A stretch of 64,000 nt of DNA. Source: Macrostomum lignano (taxonomy: Eukaryota). Numbering within the stretch: the first letter of the stretch is position 1; each line of letters starts with the position of its first letter. Both the position numbers and the translations under genes were made by a program. Of the stretch, positions 12,766-25,127 are shown one piece after another. Where the stretch lies: NCBI GenBank assembly GCA_002269645.1, contig NIVC01000248.1:62001-126000 (forward strand), given 5' to 3'. The notes under the pieces were generated by a model. That model searched no databases. It was not told the origin of the DNA and saw only the letters and a program-made list of their open reading frames with translations.

Positions 12766-13970
12766 ATGACGTCGGCCTCCATTCCAAGCCGGCGCTCGCT
12801 TGACGTCCAGTTGGGGCCGGCGGCTGCCGGGGACCCCGACGACTACAACGGCACCTGCGAGTCTTCTTCCACTGCTGCCGCCGCCAGCGTTGACGAGCTT
12901 CGTGCGCCGACCAGCCGACGAACGCCGCGTCAGTCGAAGATGGCGACGACCCGGGTGCGCTGGAGCCGCATGGCCGCCCCGCCGGGACAGCCGCCCGCTG
13001 CGCCGCCGCCTCAGCTGGAGCCGCCGCCTTCGCTGGCGTTGCTGGCCGCCGGCTCGACTTCCGCGGCGAGCCTCTGCCAGCTGGTCGATTTCGGCGAGAC
13101 TCGCGACCTGATTCGGCGACAGCGGGAGACGGCGAAGCAGCTGGAAGAGGTGCAGAGCATCGTGAGCCACCTCAGCCTGGAGCAGGAGAACAGTCAGGTA
13201 ATGTGCGACACGGTTGACAATTGTCGCCACTGGGCGAGACAAAGCCAAGCTCCGAACCAAACTCACTGCGATCGGGGACTTGTCGGGCCAGTTAACTAGA
13301 AACGTCGATACATCCCAGGGGATAAATGGGAAAAATTATTAGGATTTCATTTCGACTTAAAGCTCTAGAATGGGGTAATTTTGTAGCTACATACAAGTCG
13401 TATCTACCAGCACTGCTTCCTACTTTTTAAGTAGTCCTTGTAACACTCATAGTGGTCCCTGAAAAGAGACGCGGCAATATTCCGATTACAACGCAGTTTT
13501 ACCAAACGCAGGACTCCCGCCAGCAAGCAGCCGACTGGGCAACCTTCCGCAAGCAGCCCAACTCCCAGTTCAAGCAGTACGTCTTCCAGTCTCCGGGTCG
13601 AGTGCCCGCGCTGCCAGCTGCCGACAGCGACGAGGCTGCTGGAGTCTGGCAGACTCAGCATCAAAACTGGCTGCAGCATCCACAGCATCATCGGCAGCAG
13701 CATCAGCAGGCGTCGCTGCAGAGGTCGCGGACCAGCCTTGGCGCGGTGGCCGGCCGTCCGCTTGGGGCAGCCGGTCTGCGGCGCTCCGAGCGGGGGTCGC
13801 TGAGCCGCGAGCTCACACTGGCGTCCATGGCGGTGGCCCCCGGCTGGCAGGCCGGGCTGTGGCTGCAGGGCTGTTCGACTGACGGGGCCCGCGACGAGCC
13901 CGGCTCGTTGTACGGACAGTTCGCGCACAGAAAGTCAAAAGGCTTCAGACTGTCCCGAGGGCTCCACTGA
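12766..13970 (+). CDS. Uncharacterised two-exon protein (~296 aa), low-complexity with a short coiled-coil segment
   Basis: Exons 12766-13197 and 13512-13970; GCCATG start, CAG|GTAATG donor, GCAG|GAC acceptor, both phase 0; GC3-rich codon usage like neighbouring genes; no recognised domain. Confidence 0.6.
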
Positions 13971-15375
13971 GAAAAACTAATCATTTCTCATCCATATAAA
14001 ACTCAAATTGCAAATTTGCTACAGACTGCGGTTTTCGCTCCGAAATTTGATGGCGAGTTTTCAGTTTTTTTAGCACTGAACTTCGAGCCTAAGCGTTTCG
14101 TCAAAATGCATTCACAAGTTTTTTTCGAGAAAAATGTACCAAACATTATTAGAGGGTGGCAAAGCTAAAAATACAGTTGTGTTTTCTAAACGGGTTTAGC
14201 AAGGAAGATAGATAGATACCGACAAACCATTTTTAGTATATGGACTAGCAATCTATCGTGCCCCCCTTCGCGGACCAGGCGCCCGCGAATAAGCAAGTGC
14301 GTCCAATTGGAGTGCGTCCAATAAGCAAGGAGCAGAAATCATTCATGCAAATCCATTAAAAAGCACATTTTCTTGAGAACCAACTCCTTCTTAAGTTTTA
14401 TAAATCACCATATTCCAGTAAAATTGTCACGGATAAAAATATTTGCTATGAAGCTCTTTTTTTCTAAAAGTAACAGAAAGACAACGAAATAAAGCCTTTA
14501 CAAAAATAGCAGGCACTTTCACTAAATAAAAAATATCCCCAAGACAGCAAGCACCCCGCAAATAGCAAGCATCCCCCAGATAGAAAGGAATATACCAACC
14601 AATATTAATGTTATAGTTAGCGGGCGAGAAACTGTCTATGGTAAAATCCCATTTGCTCTAATGCATTCAGTCGGTTTCACGGCCCGCTAAAATGTCTATA
14701 GCAGTCAGAAGACAGCGGGGTCAAGGGGGCGCTTAGCCCCCCTGCTAAGAGGTATAACATTAACTAAATTTAAATGCATACGAGTCTTTTTATTATTGAA
14801 GTCAGCCATAGTCAATTGCATGCAGCGGGCTTCAACACGCTTAGGCTAACCACACCTCGTACAACCCAGACAGCAAAGCATATTCACATGCGGTTTAGCC
14901 ATTAGACGAATCCGGTCGAAGCCCCGTCCAACAGTGTACATACTTGGTTACTAACTGGTTGGTCATTGCGGCATGGAGTTCAAACGGCTAAGCCATGTGG
15001 GAATAAAGGATTAAGCATAAACATGTAGTATTTACTGAAATCTTAAAACCAGCTCTTCACCAGCCATTAATTTACGGAAGTTTAATTGTTGGCATTATTC
15101 ATTATTTATTATTCATTATTCATCGAAATACCAATACCACATTAGTCTTCAGCATTCGTCACTGGGTCTATCAAGATAAGCAAATAAGTTGAAAGCAGTT
15201 GATGCACTCTGAAAGTTCAATGCGACCATAGCTAGTAGCTTCTCTATAGCTCTGAAAATAATGCAGTATCAATTTTTTCATTCTCATGTATTACTGCCAA
15301 ATAAATATTGCCAACTAAACACGTGTACACAAAACTTGTGCAGCAAATTCAATGCAGGAAGAAGCATAGCTGGGC

Positions 15376-17327
15376 TCAGTACATAATCTGCATCTTGTCG
15401 CAGACCACAATGGACTGCTTGGACCGGCGCATGCAGCTGCTGCGGTCGCGGCTGCCCAGCAGCAGGCAGCACTTCAGCTTCTGTGTCGCCGGCTGCGGGT
15501 CTGCCAGCCCCTTCAGCATCAGCGTCACCACCAGCTTCCTTGGCGGAGACTTCACGTCGACACCGGTGCTGAACTTCTTCAAGTCGCGAATCTTCATCAT
15601 CATCTGCTGGTTTCTGTCCAGGCGAAGCAGGATGCGCCGGGTCAGGCCGCAGTGCATGATGCTGTCCAGGAACTGGAAGGATTCCTGCATGCGAGGCGCG
15701 GAAAGCTTGGGTCAATGCTGGACCACTGAAACCTGCTACAGAGATGAACAACGGTCTTAAAGTTTATACTACAAGAAATTCCCTTAACTGAAAACTTGAC
15801 ATAGTCATTAAAAACTAACAATATCCCTCACTTTCAAAGTTGTTACTTGTAGTAGTGCAACAAAAAAGCTTTACAAGCTCAAAAATTCCAATTGTCCAAA
15901 TCTAGGAGTTTTAAACTAGCAAATGGGACCCGTAAGACTGATCATGTAAAGTCTGATAAAGTTTATTAATGTCTTCCTGCCAGTTTCAAGCTCAAGCTAA
16001 AATATTGACCTTCTTTCGGGACTCACTCGAATAAACTTGATGAACCCGACCTGCGAATGCTCAAAGTTCACCAGGGTTCTGTCGCAGAAATGCGTCACAA
16101 ACTTGTTCGGATTGAGGCAGCCACGGATGAAGCGCTCCTTGTCGCCTTGGGCGAAAAATTCTGCGGTGATGAGTTTAGCCCAGGTGAAATAATAATCCCA
16201 CTCCTTGGCCGGGTTGCTGATGTCGCTGCATTTGAGAATGAAGCAGAGTAGGATGAGGCGCTCCTGGGATTCGATCTCGGGCGGAGAGCCGCTGTCGAAC
16301 AGAGTCGCCAGCCGAGAGACCTCGGTGCTGAGCGACTGATGCAGGCTCATGTCGGTGCTCTCCACCAAGCTGGACATCAACTCGCAGAGCTGTCGCTGAC
16401 GTTGCTCGGGCAGGTGAGAAATCAGGCTGCTGCAGAGCAGCGCCGAGACCGACATGTTGGCTTGGTGCGACTCCAGAGAGTGCAGGTAGCGCCCTGCAGA
16501 AACGACGCATGGGTAATATTTTTTACTTAGACAGATGTGTCTTTCTTCTTTAACTATTTGTCTTTTGGTGTCTTCCCAGCACTATAGAAGTCAAAGTTGT
16601 TGCGCCAGGGTGCCTACAGCCCCCCTGCAAACAAAAGTTTTCACACAAACCTGTACTTTCTCTTACTTTTTGACGACCTTCTGCAAAACCGCTGGTGAAT
16701 GGACGTACGAAGCGGCTCGTCTGTCAGCGGGTTCTCGTTGCTGACCATGTTTTTCGACTTGAAGAAGTTTTTAATCACCTTGTCGTAGAAATAGTCGTAC
16801 GTAACGCCCGGATGGTTGATGTCGTGCATCAGGGCTGACAGCACCGCGATGAAGAGCTCCTGCCTGTCCAAAGTCAGGACCCCCAGCTTCAGAGCGACGC
16901 GCAGCAGGCAGCTCATCGACTGCGCCACGTCCATGCCATGGATGGCGGTGTGATAGTAGTTGATGCTGCTGTACTTTTCCGATATCGTTCTGGCCAGCCT
17001 GACCAGCTTGATGACATCAACAATGGGTGCTGGATCTCCTTCGAGACTGCGGTGAAAGGACCAGATGTCACAAAACAAGTGCAGACAGAATGGAATCAGA
17101 GGCGCCTCCAACAGGCGGTCCAGAACGAACATGTCCATGCGGAACCAGCTCTTGCAGCGCTGCCTCATCAGCAGCTCGGCACTGCCGTGATAATTGGCGT
17201 CCAGAATACCCATAGGGTCGTAGCCTTGGGACTCCGGAATCGGGAATCGCTTCAATCTCAGATTTTTTGTCTCCGGATCGAGGCTGAAACGGTTCTCCAT
17301 CAATGCAGCCGTGCATGAGGGTGACAT
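15376..17327 (-). CDS. Class I 3',5'-cyclic nucleotide phosphodiesterase, catalytic domain only; 3' end uncertain
   Basis: Exons 17327-16667 (phase 1) and 16493-16027 (phase 0), with a probable last exon within ~15740-15376. Motifs YHTAIHGMDV, HDINHPG, LESHQ, KCSDISNP, EFFAQGDKE, SQVGFI. Confidence 0.8.
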
Positions 17328-17796
17328 GCTGCTTCGCTAGGAATGGCCACAGCCTGATCTTGCCGCAAATGCAGAGGTTATTGTTTTAATTCGCCACAGA
17401 ACTTACAGCTGTAGACTCTCCCTGGAATCCTTAATACTCGGAGCTGTGCCATAGAGTAGAAAAACTGATGTAAAAGTACATAGCTGATAGCTTGATTCGA
17501 TTGAACATTTTTTGCTGAATGTTGGGCAAACAAATTAATGTAGACTAAAATAGAGAAGATAAATAGGTTAAAAATCAACAGACTGAGCAGAATGTTTTGT
17601 TTTATTGAAAACATCAATTTAAATATAAAGCTCTTTTGCTAGTTGTTGAAATCATTAACGTGTAAATAAATCTTTAGTTTCGTAAGGATACGAGCTAAGG
17701 GTATAGGGAAAGCGTATGAAATAACAATTCTACGAAAGTCTTTGCTAACGGTCCAGCTTCCTGCATCAAAAATCTTTTGAACGGTGAGACCAGCTG

Positions 17797-20376
17797 TTAC
17801 AGACGATGCTTCAGCAGGCACTTCACATGTTCGCCCGTCTTCAAAACCCTCGGCATCTTGAACTGGGTCTCACTGATGTCCTTATTTAGTTCCATCATCG
17901 TGCGTCTGAGGTCTGCGAATGCACCACGACCAACTTGTACGACTTGCATCGAATCGATGTGCCCTTCGGTTCGAAAAAGTTTGTAGTTTTCGCAGCTGTC
18001 CATCAGCGACTTATCAAACTAAAATTTCATAAGTTGTGCACTATAGGTATAATAGCCATTTAATTTCTAGAACTCATCTTGGTCCAAACTATCTGAACCA
18101 ACGTACCAGCAGCTTTTCCTCATCGTTCAAGCATTTATCTCCGTCCAGCTCTACAAAGAGCACATAGTACTTGCTCCCAGGCGACGTGTTAACAAGCGGC
18201 TCGTACAGAAAGCAGTCGGTTGCCGTGAAGTCGACCATGGTGCAGCCAAGTTGCCCAATGCTGAGCATTGCGCCCGCCTGGAGACTCTTCTCTGTCGTTT
18301 TCTCCACGTGAACCGAGAGCACGTGGGACTTTCTGCATGAGAAATCGGCGTCAAAAACTGCATTAGACACTTATCAAGGACAGCGCAGATTGATTCTTCT
18401 CTCTTACCTGTGCGACATTTCAAACACGGGAGCGCAACCGTCCATGTCAACCACTTTGATGACGTCACCGACGCGAAGTCGGAAGCAGTTGAAAGACGTG
18501 GCGACCGTCTCGTACAAGCAGCCGACTTGCAGCTCGTGAGCGAGTTTCGGCTCTCCCAGGTCATTTCCGTTTCCATCAACTGGAACAAACTCGAAGAAGG
18601 AGCCCGTCAGCATCGGGTGATAGCGATCAGGCTCATCATCGCCAACTATGCTCAGGTTGATGCCGAGCATCCCCTCCGTGCCCATGATGCACGGACAGAA
18701 GGCGGGGACGTTGCCCAAATAATTTTTCAAATATTGAAACGACGTTTGGAATGAGCCGGAGCGAGCGAGCATCACGAAAGGAACGTTTGGCCAGGCCTTC
18801 TCAAAGAAACCAGTCAGGTCTTTCCCGTCGCCGAATTGGGACCTTAGCTGGGCTGCTCGCTTTGGTTTGGGGCTGAGTCGCTGGTTCAGGCTACTGAGAA
18901 GATCGGCATCAACACCTTTCAACTTTTCAGCATTGAGCTTGCCGTTCTCAATGTCAGACAGCACCGAGTCCCAGTTGGAGTTCAGGCAGCGCATGAAAGA
19001 GATCAGGTTTGTCGGGAAGAATGCTAAAGCGGATCCAATCCGCTCCAAGGACAGGGCGAACACCGCGTGCAGATAGAAGCACGCATCCGAGTCGTGAATT
19101 CTTGTGAAAACCTCATCCGGTGTGGCGTAGATTTCTCCTGAAGTGAATTTTTGTGATGCTAAACATGACGAAACAGTTTGAAAATAATGTTACCTGGGCC
19201 TCTGAACCAAAACGTTATCAGCATCGAACACCTGCATTCGGTGCTTCAATTATTGCTAAGAACTGTGCACAAGCTGAAATTTTTGTCTCACCGTTAGAAA
19301 AGAAGTACTTTGAAAGCGGGCCAATGTCAATTCCAAATTCATTTTGCCTGTCGCCTGACAGCACTGCCAGATACAGCTGAGGAGCCATTGTTTCACGCCG
19401 GCCGACTTTGGCAAGAAAGACCTCGCTGCAGGACATATTGGCGAAGAAGCCCCATATCTGCTGCATCCGGTACCGTTTTGCCATGGGAAAAGTCTTGTTC
19501 TTTCCCGTGGTTCCGCTTGTCTTGGCCAGGTAATCGGCGCGTCCCTTGAAGAAAACATCGGGTTCACCTCTGTAGGCTAATTGGTTGTACTTATCGAGCT
19601 GGGCGTAGTCTCTCACGGGCACGAGGGCCCGATAGTCCTCGATGCCGTGAATCTCAGCGAATCGGTGATCGCGGCCGAACAGCGTGTCCCGGCTCTGGCG
19701 CACAATTCGCATCAGCGTTTTCTCCTGCGCCGCTCGGATCGAACTGCACGACTTGTACGCTTTGCGGTTGGCGCTCAGCGAGTAGCGGGCGATCGTTTCG
19801 ACGAAAAGCCTCAGCAGCACGCTGGTGATGAAGCCGCGCCAGCTGAGCGAATCGGACGGCTCCTTGCGTCGAATGTACTGGCAGGCAGCGGCGCCGGCGG
19901 CTAGCAGAACTGATGCCATTACTGGAAGAGCAATCAGGTGTACAATCTTTAAAATTAACACAGAAAAGAAAAGTGAATCACGCGAATCGATTGACCAACG
20001 GGCTTGGTTTCTAAATTTGATTCCAAGTCGAAGAGCGTCGACTTTGAGGCACCAGTGCCAGAGGCGCCACCTCGGGGGAGCATCAATTTTAAGGCGCAAT
20101 TGTAGGGTGCTTCTTCGGGGTGCCTTGTACATGTAAGGAACGTCATTGTTGGGCACCAGCACCAAGGGATCAAGAGAGCATCGAGGCCGAGGGTTATGAA
20201 ACGCCATGCATGCTGCAGCTATGGAACTTACCAAGCCCTGCGAAGCACAGACCGCAGTTCCAGTCGACGGAGAACAAAGCCAGAACGGATACGGCTAGAG
20301 CGGCAACGAAACCTACTGTGGCATTGGTTAGCAGCTGGTCATAAGACAGCCTGCCGTCTGCCCGAGCCCCGTCCAT
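17797..20376 (-). CDS. GH3-family (GHDC-like) paralog 3, ~650 aa, inverted relative to paralogs 1 and 2
   Basis: Exons (minus) 20376-20232, 19921-19292, 19137-18408, 18332-18107, 18018-17797; GT-AG, phases 1,1,2,0; 1953 nt, open. Motifs KTSGTTGKNKTFP, MGTEGMLG, FRLRVGDVI, QFKMPRVL. Confidence 0.9.
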
Positions 20377-21762
20377 GTTGATGCAGCACTCCTAGCAGAA
20401 TAGTGCACAATGTTTGCTGAATTTTGTGCACCGATTCTTAGCTCTGCTTTCGTCAGCTTGTACTTTATGTAGCCCGCGGCGGACTCCCCCTGCCCTTTCC
20501 CTGTCAGATTAAGTCCAAGTCCGCCCGCGGTGGCTTATCGCGCCCGCGTGCTCAATCATGGGGCGGCCAGGCAGGTAGTGTTGAGCTTCACTGCTCAGAT
20601 TTTGCCTGCAGGTCTAGATAATAAGAGTAGTTCTAATGACGCTGCAGAGACGCGAAAAAAAGTTTTGCTTTAAAACGGTTGATGCGCTTTCTACTTCACC
20701 AGATAAGACTTGCTGATTCATTTTGTGCAAAAAAGTGCCGAAAAAATGTCTCCACGTCAGACACTCCGCTTAAAAATCTAATGTCACTACGAGTAAATCA
20801 CGTGTCACGCGTCATGAAGGTGCAACAAATTTTAGATGGCCAACGTTACAATCGCAGACATTTAACCAGTACAACTGCAAATATGCGAATTCGTCACGCA
20901 AGCCTTCAGTCCAAGGCCGGCGCATGCTGCACTCGTCTGGATGGTCAGCGACTGACGTTTCCGATTGAGATCATTTAAACAGGCACCGGCTGAACCAGAA
21001 GAAGCCATATACTTGCCTACAATCGCAACAGATTCCACGTCAAGTGAACTTACGACTTTTTTCGTTAATAGTAAATATCCTATACAATCCTATTCTCGAT
21101 GTAAACAATGTGTTGCGTACAAATTGCTTAAGGCTCTACACAGTTAAAGTAGAAACTCTGGCAAATTTTGTGACACAGCTCAAAATGAATTTTCAGCCTC
21201 TTTACATGGTGAGTGTGTAACACCTGTACAGATTCTGGCACCGCTGCTTCCAGGTGATTGCAGGCCGGCACTCTTTCTAATTAGCAACTTCCTCGGCGGC
21301 TGGTTCGATCTCAGAAAAAAATGAGCACTCAGAGAAATGGACTCTATTGATTTGTTTCAGTTCGACACGGGTTCAAGTGCGCCTTCAACGAAATGGATCG
21401 ATTGTGACTAATCGTGTGCTCTGCCGGCTCCAACTCTACCTAAGCAAAGCAGCTTTCTTTAAAAAATGGATCTCAAAAGCTTTCGAAAAAAAATGATTTG
21501 ATTTGCGCGGCTTCTGTCGCTTCAACGAAATTGAATTTTTTTTTGAGAAACATTTGCGCCTGCAGTACGAGACTACCTGTGCGACTCGTGCAAATTAGCA
21601 AAGGCTTAAAGAAGTTTCAACAAATCAAAAATAATTATGCCAATGCATCCGGCTTCCCAAATAAACAGCCGCGTCACTGAGTAGGAGAGTATTTGGGATT
21701 CAAGAAGTCACGCTCCAGGTTAATTCGTCCTGACAGATCTGCTTAATTTACTTTGTTGATTG

Positions 21763-24392
21763 TCAGGCTCTGCAGGTGAGAATTCGTCTGAACGCCTGCC
21801 TAAAGTCCTTATTGAACACGGTGTAAATCACCGGGTTGATGGCGCTGTTGCAGTAGCCAAGCCAGAAGAAAAAGTCGAAGACAAGGTGAGGCACGCAGCG
21901 GCAGAGGATGTGCAGCAGGTAGGTGGTGAAGAAGGGAAACCAGCAGAGCACGAAGGCGCCCATGATGAGGCCGAGGACGAGGGTTGCCCGGCGCTCCTTG
22001 GCCTTCGCTAGTCGCCTCTTCCGCTGCAGAGCCTCGCTGAGCTCAGTCAGCGGCTCGACCACTGTGCTGTTGCCGCCGCCACCGCCGCCGTCCGCCTCAG
22101 AGTCGACCGGGACGATGCCCTCATCGGCGTCCTCCTCCTCCTCCTCGGATTGATTTCGTCGCTCGGTGACCGCGAAGTCCGATTTTTCATCTGCTCGATC
22201 CGTGTCACCGGGCGATACCGACTTGCTTGAAGACGGTTTGGACGATGTTCGGGTCTGAGGGGCAGTTGGTATTGTGTTGAGCAAGTTGTAGATTTGAGAC
22301 CGGACCGCTCGTAATTAAATACTCTGAACTATAAGCCATCAACCAAGCCAATGTTCATGACTCATCACCTACGAACCAACCCAATGTTCATGAGTCATCA
22401 CCTACGAACCAACCCAATGTTCATGAGTCATCACCTACGAACCAACCCAATGTTCATGAGTCATCACCTACGAACCAACCCAATGTTCATGAGTCATCAC
22501 CTACGAACCAACCCAATGTTCATGAGTCATCACCTACGAACCAACCCAATGTTCATGAGTCATCACCTACGAACCAACCCAATGTTCATGAGTCATCACC
22601 TACGAACCAACCCAATGTTCATGAGTCATCACCCACCAACCAACCAACCCAATGTTCATAAGTCATCACCAACCCACCAACCAACCCAATGTTCATGAGT
22701 CATCACCAACCCACCAACCAACCCAATGTTCATGAGTCATCACCCACCCACCAACCAACCCAATGTTCATGAGTCATCACCCACCCACCAACCAACCCAA
22801 TGTTCATGAGTCATCACCCACCAACCAACCAACCCAATGTTCATGAGTCATCACCCACCAACCAACCAACCCAATGTTCATGAGTCATCAACCACCAACC
22901 AACCAACCCAATGTTCATGAGTCATCACCAACCCACCAACCAACCCAATGTTCATGAGTCATCACCCACCAACCAACCCAATGTTCATGAGTCATCACCC
23001 ACCCACCAACCAACCCAATGTTCATGAGTCATCACCCACCCACCAACCAACCCAATGTTCATGAGTCATCACCCACCCACCAACCAACCCAATGTTCATG
23101 AGTCATCACCCACCCACCAACCAACCCAATGTTCATGAGTCATCACCCACCCACCAACCAACCCAATGTTCATGAGTCATCACCCACCAACCAACCAACC
23201 CAATGTTCATGAGTCATCACCCACCAACCAACCAACCCAATGTTCATGAGTCATCAACCACCAACCAACCAACCCAATGTTCATGAGTCATCACCAACCC
23301 ACCAACCAACCCAATGTTCATGAGTCATCACCCACCAACCAACCCAATGTTCATGAGTCATCACCCACCCACCAACCAACCCAATGTTCATGAGTCATCA
23401 CCCACCCACCAACCAACCCAATGTTCATGAGTCATCACCCACCCACCAACCAACCCAATGTTCATGAGTCATCACCCACCCACCAACCAACCCAATGTTC
23501 ATGAGTCATCACCCACGAACCAACCCAATGTTCATGAGTCATCACCCACCAACCAACCCAATGTTCACGAGACATCACCCACCAACCAACCCAATGTTCA
23601 TGAGTCGCATGTTAAATTTTTAGTAAAATTTACGCGACGATTCAGAGGCCAGACTCAACTCACCCGTAGCTGATCCGCGGACTTCCTCAGCGCCGCCATG
23701 TTCACCGAGTGAATCAGCTGCCGACGCCGCACCCGCTGCCGAGCTCTCTGGAAGATCTTCGCGTACACCACCACCATGATGAGCATGGGGATGTAGAAGC
23801 TGCCCATGCTGGAGTAGACAACGTAGCCAATCTCATCGGTGAGTTCGCAGCGCACTTCGCTGACCTGCGGCTTCCGCCAGCCGAGCAGAGGCGGCAGGCA
23901 GACCCCGGCTGACAGAAACCACACCACGGCAATCATGAGAGCCGCCCGGGACCGGGTCCGCTGCCTATGATAGACCAGGGCCCGGGACACGCACCAGTAG
24001 CGGTCCAGGCTGATGAGGCACAGGTTCATGATGCTGGCGGTGCACATCAGAACGTCGATAGCCAGCCAGAGCTCGCACCACTTGGCGCCAAACACCCAGG
24101 CGCCAAGCAGCTGGTTGGTGAGGGAGAACGGCATCACCAGCAGGCCCAGCAGCAGGTCGGCGAAGGCCAAGGAGGCCAGGAACCAGTTCTGCAGCGTGGC
24201 CACCTTTCGGTCGCGGGCGATGGCAACAATGACCAGCAGGTTGCCGAGCACCACCAGCACCCAGATGACCAGGACGCTGAGGCCGATCACAGCGGCCTCG
24301 GGCACGGAGTAGCGAAGGCGCAGCAACGCGGCCTCGGTTGCTGACCCGTTGCCAGTCGACTTGTTGAGCCAGTGAGGGAAGCTCGAGTGCAT
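21763..24392 (-). CDS. ADRA2: Biogenic amine GPCR, alpha-2 adrenergic receptor-like (~406 aa)
   Basis: Exons 24392-23664 and 22254-21763 (phase 0; acceptor choice inferred). TM2 [14 protein letters not shown]3 [20 protein letters not shown] (Asp3.32), TM5 [12 protein letters not shown]6 [27 protein letters not shown]7 [16 protein letters not shown], tail FNKDFRQAF. Subtype is inferred from motif similarity. Confidence 0.85.
22340..23605. repeat. Intronic minisatellite, 33-37-bp unit CCAATGTTCATGAGTCATCACC(...)CCAAC
   Basis: Tandem array filling the GPCR intron; ORF 22351-22698 is its translation. Confidence 0.95.
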
Positions 24393-24439
24393 GCTGCTGG
24401 GCGTGGGGGGGGGGTCCGGGTCACGGGGGCAATCTCTGT

Positions 24440-24860
24440 TAGGTGTAATATCGGATAGATACTTTAATATCGGATAGATGTTATATCGGATAGATGTAAT
24501 ATCGAATAGATAATGTAATATCGGATAGATATAATATCAGATAGATATTAATATCAGATAGATAATGTAATATCGGATGGATGTAAAATCGGTTAGATGC
24601 AATATCGGATGGATGACGTAATATCGGATGGATGACGTAATATCGGATGGATGACGTAATATCGGATAGATAATGTTAAATCGGATAGATGATGCAATAT
24701 CCGATAGATGATCACTATCGGATAGATGTAGTATCGGATGACGTAATATCGGATAGATAATGTAAAATCGGATAGATAATGTAAAATCGGATAGATGTAA
24801 TATCGAATAGATGTTATATCGGATGATTTAATATCGGATAGATGTAATCTCTGATAGATT
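24440..24860. repeat. Degenerate ~16-19-bp minisatellite (ATCGGATAGATGTAAT)
   Basis: Tandem degenerate units just upstream of the GPCR start. Confidence 0.85.
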
Positions 24861-25127
24861 TACTTTTGAACAGATATGTGTAACCTTGGATACATGTACT
24901 GTACATTATTAATCTCAGATAAAGGTAAATCTAATATACATGAAATCTCTAATACATTTCAACCGTTGCAAAAACCGTCTTCATGGCAGCAGCCTATCTT
25001 GACTGTGCCGAAATTTGGACTCGCGCTGACTGAACTGCCCAGCCCGAGTTTATCTGGGCCCCTTCTCTCCGGCCCACATTAGAAATTGCTTCTTTATTAG
25101 TCCGCTGCGAGAAGCATTAGCTTTTAG

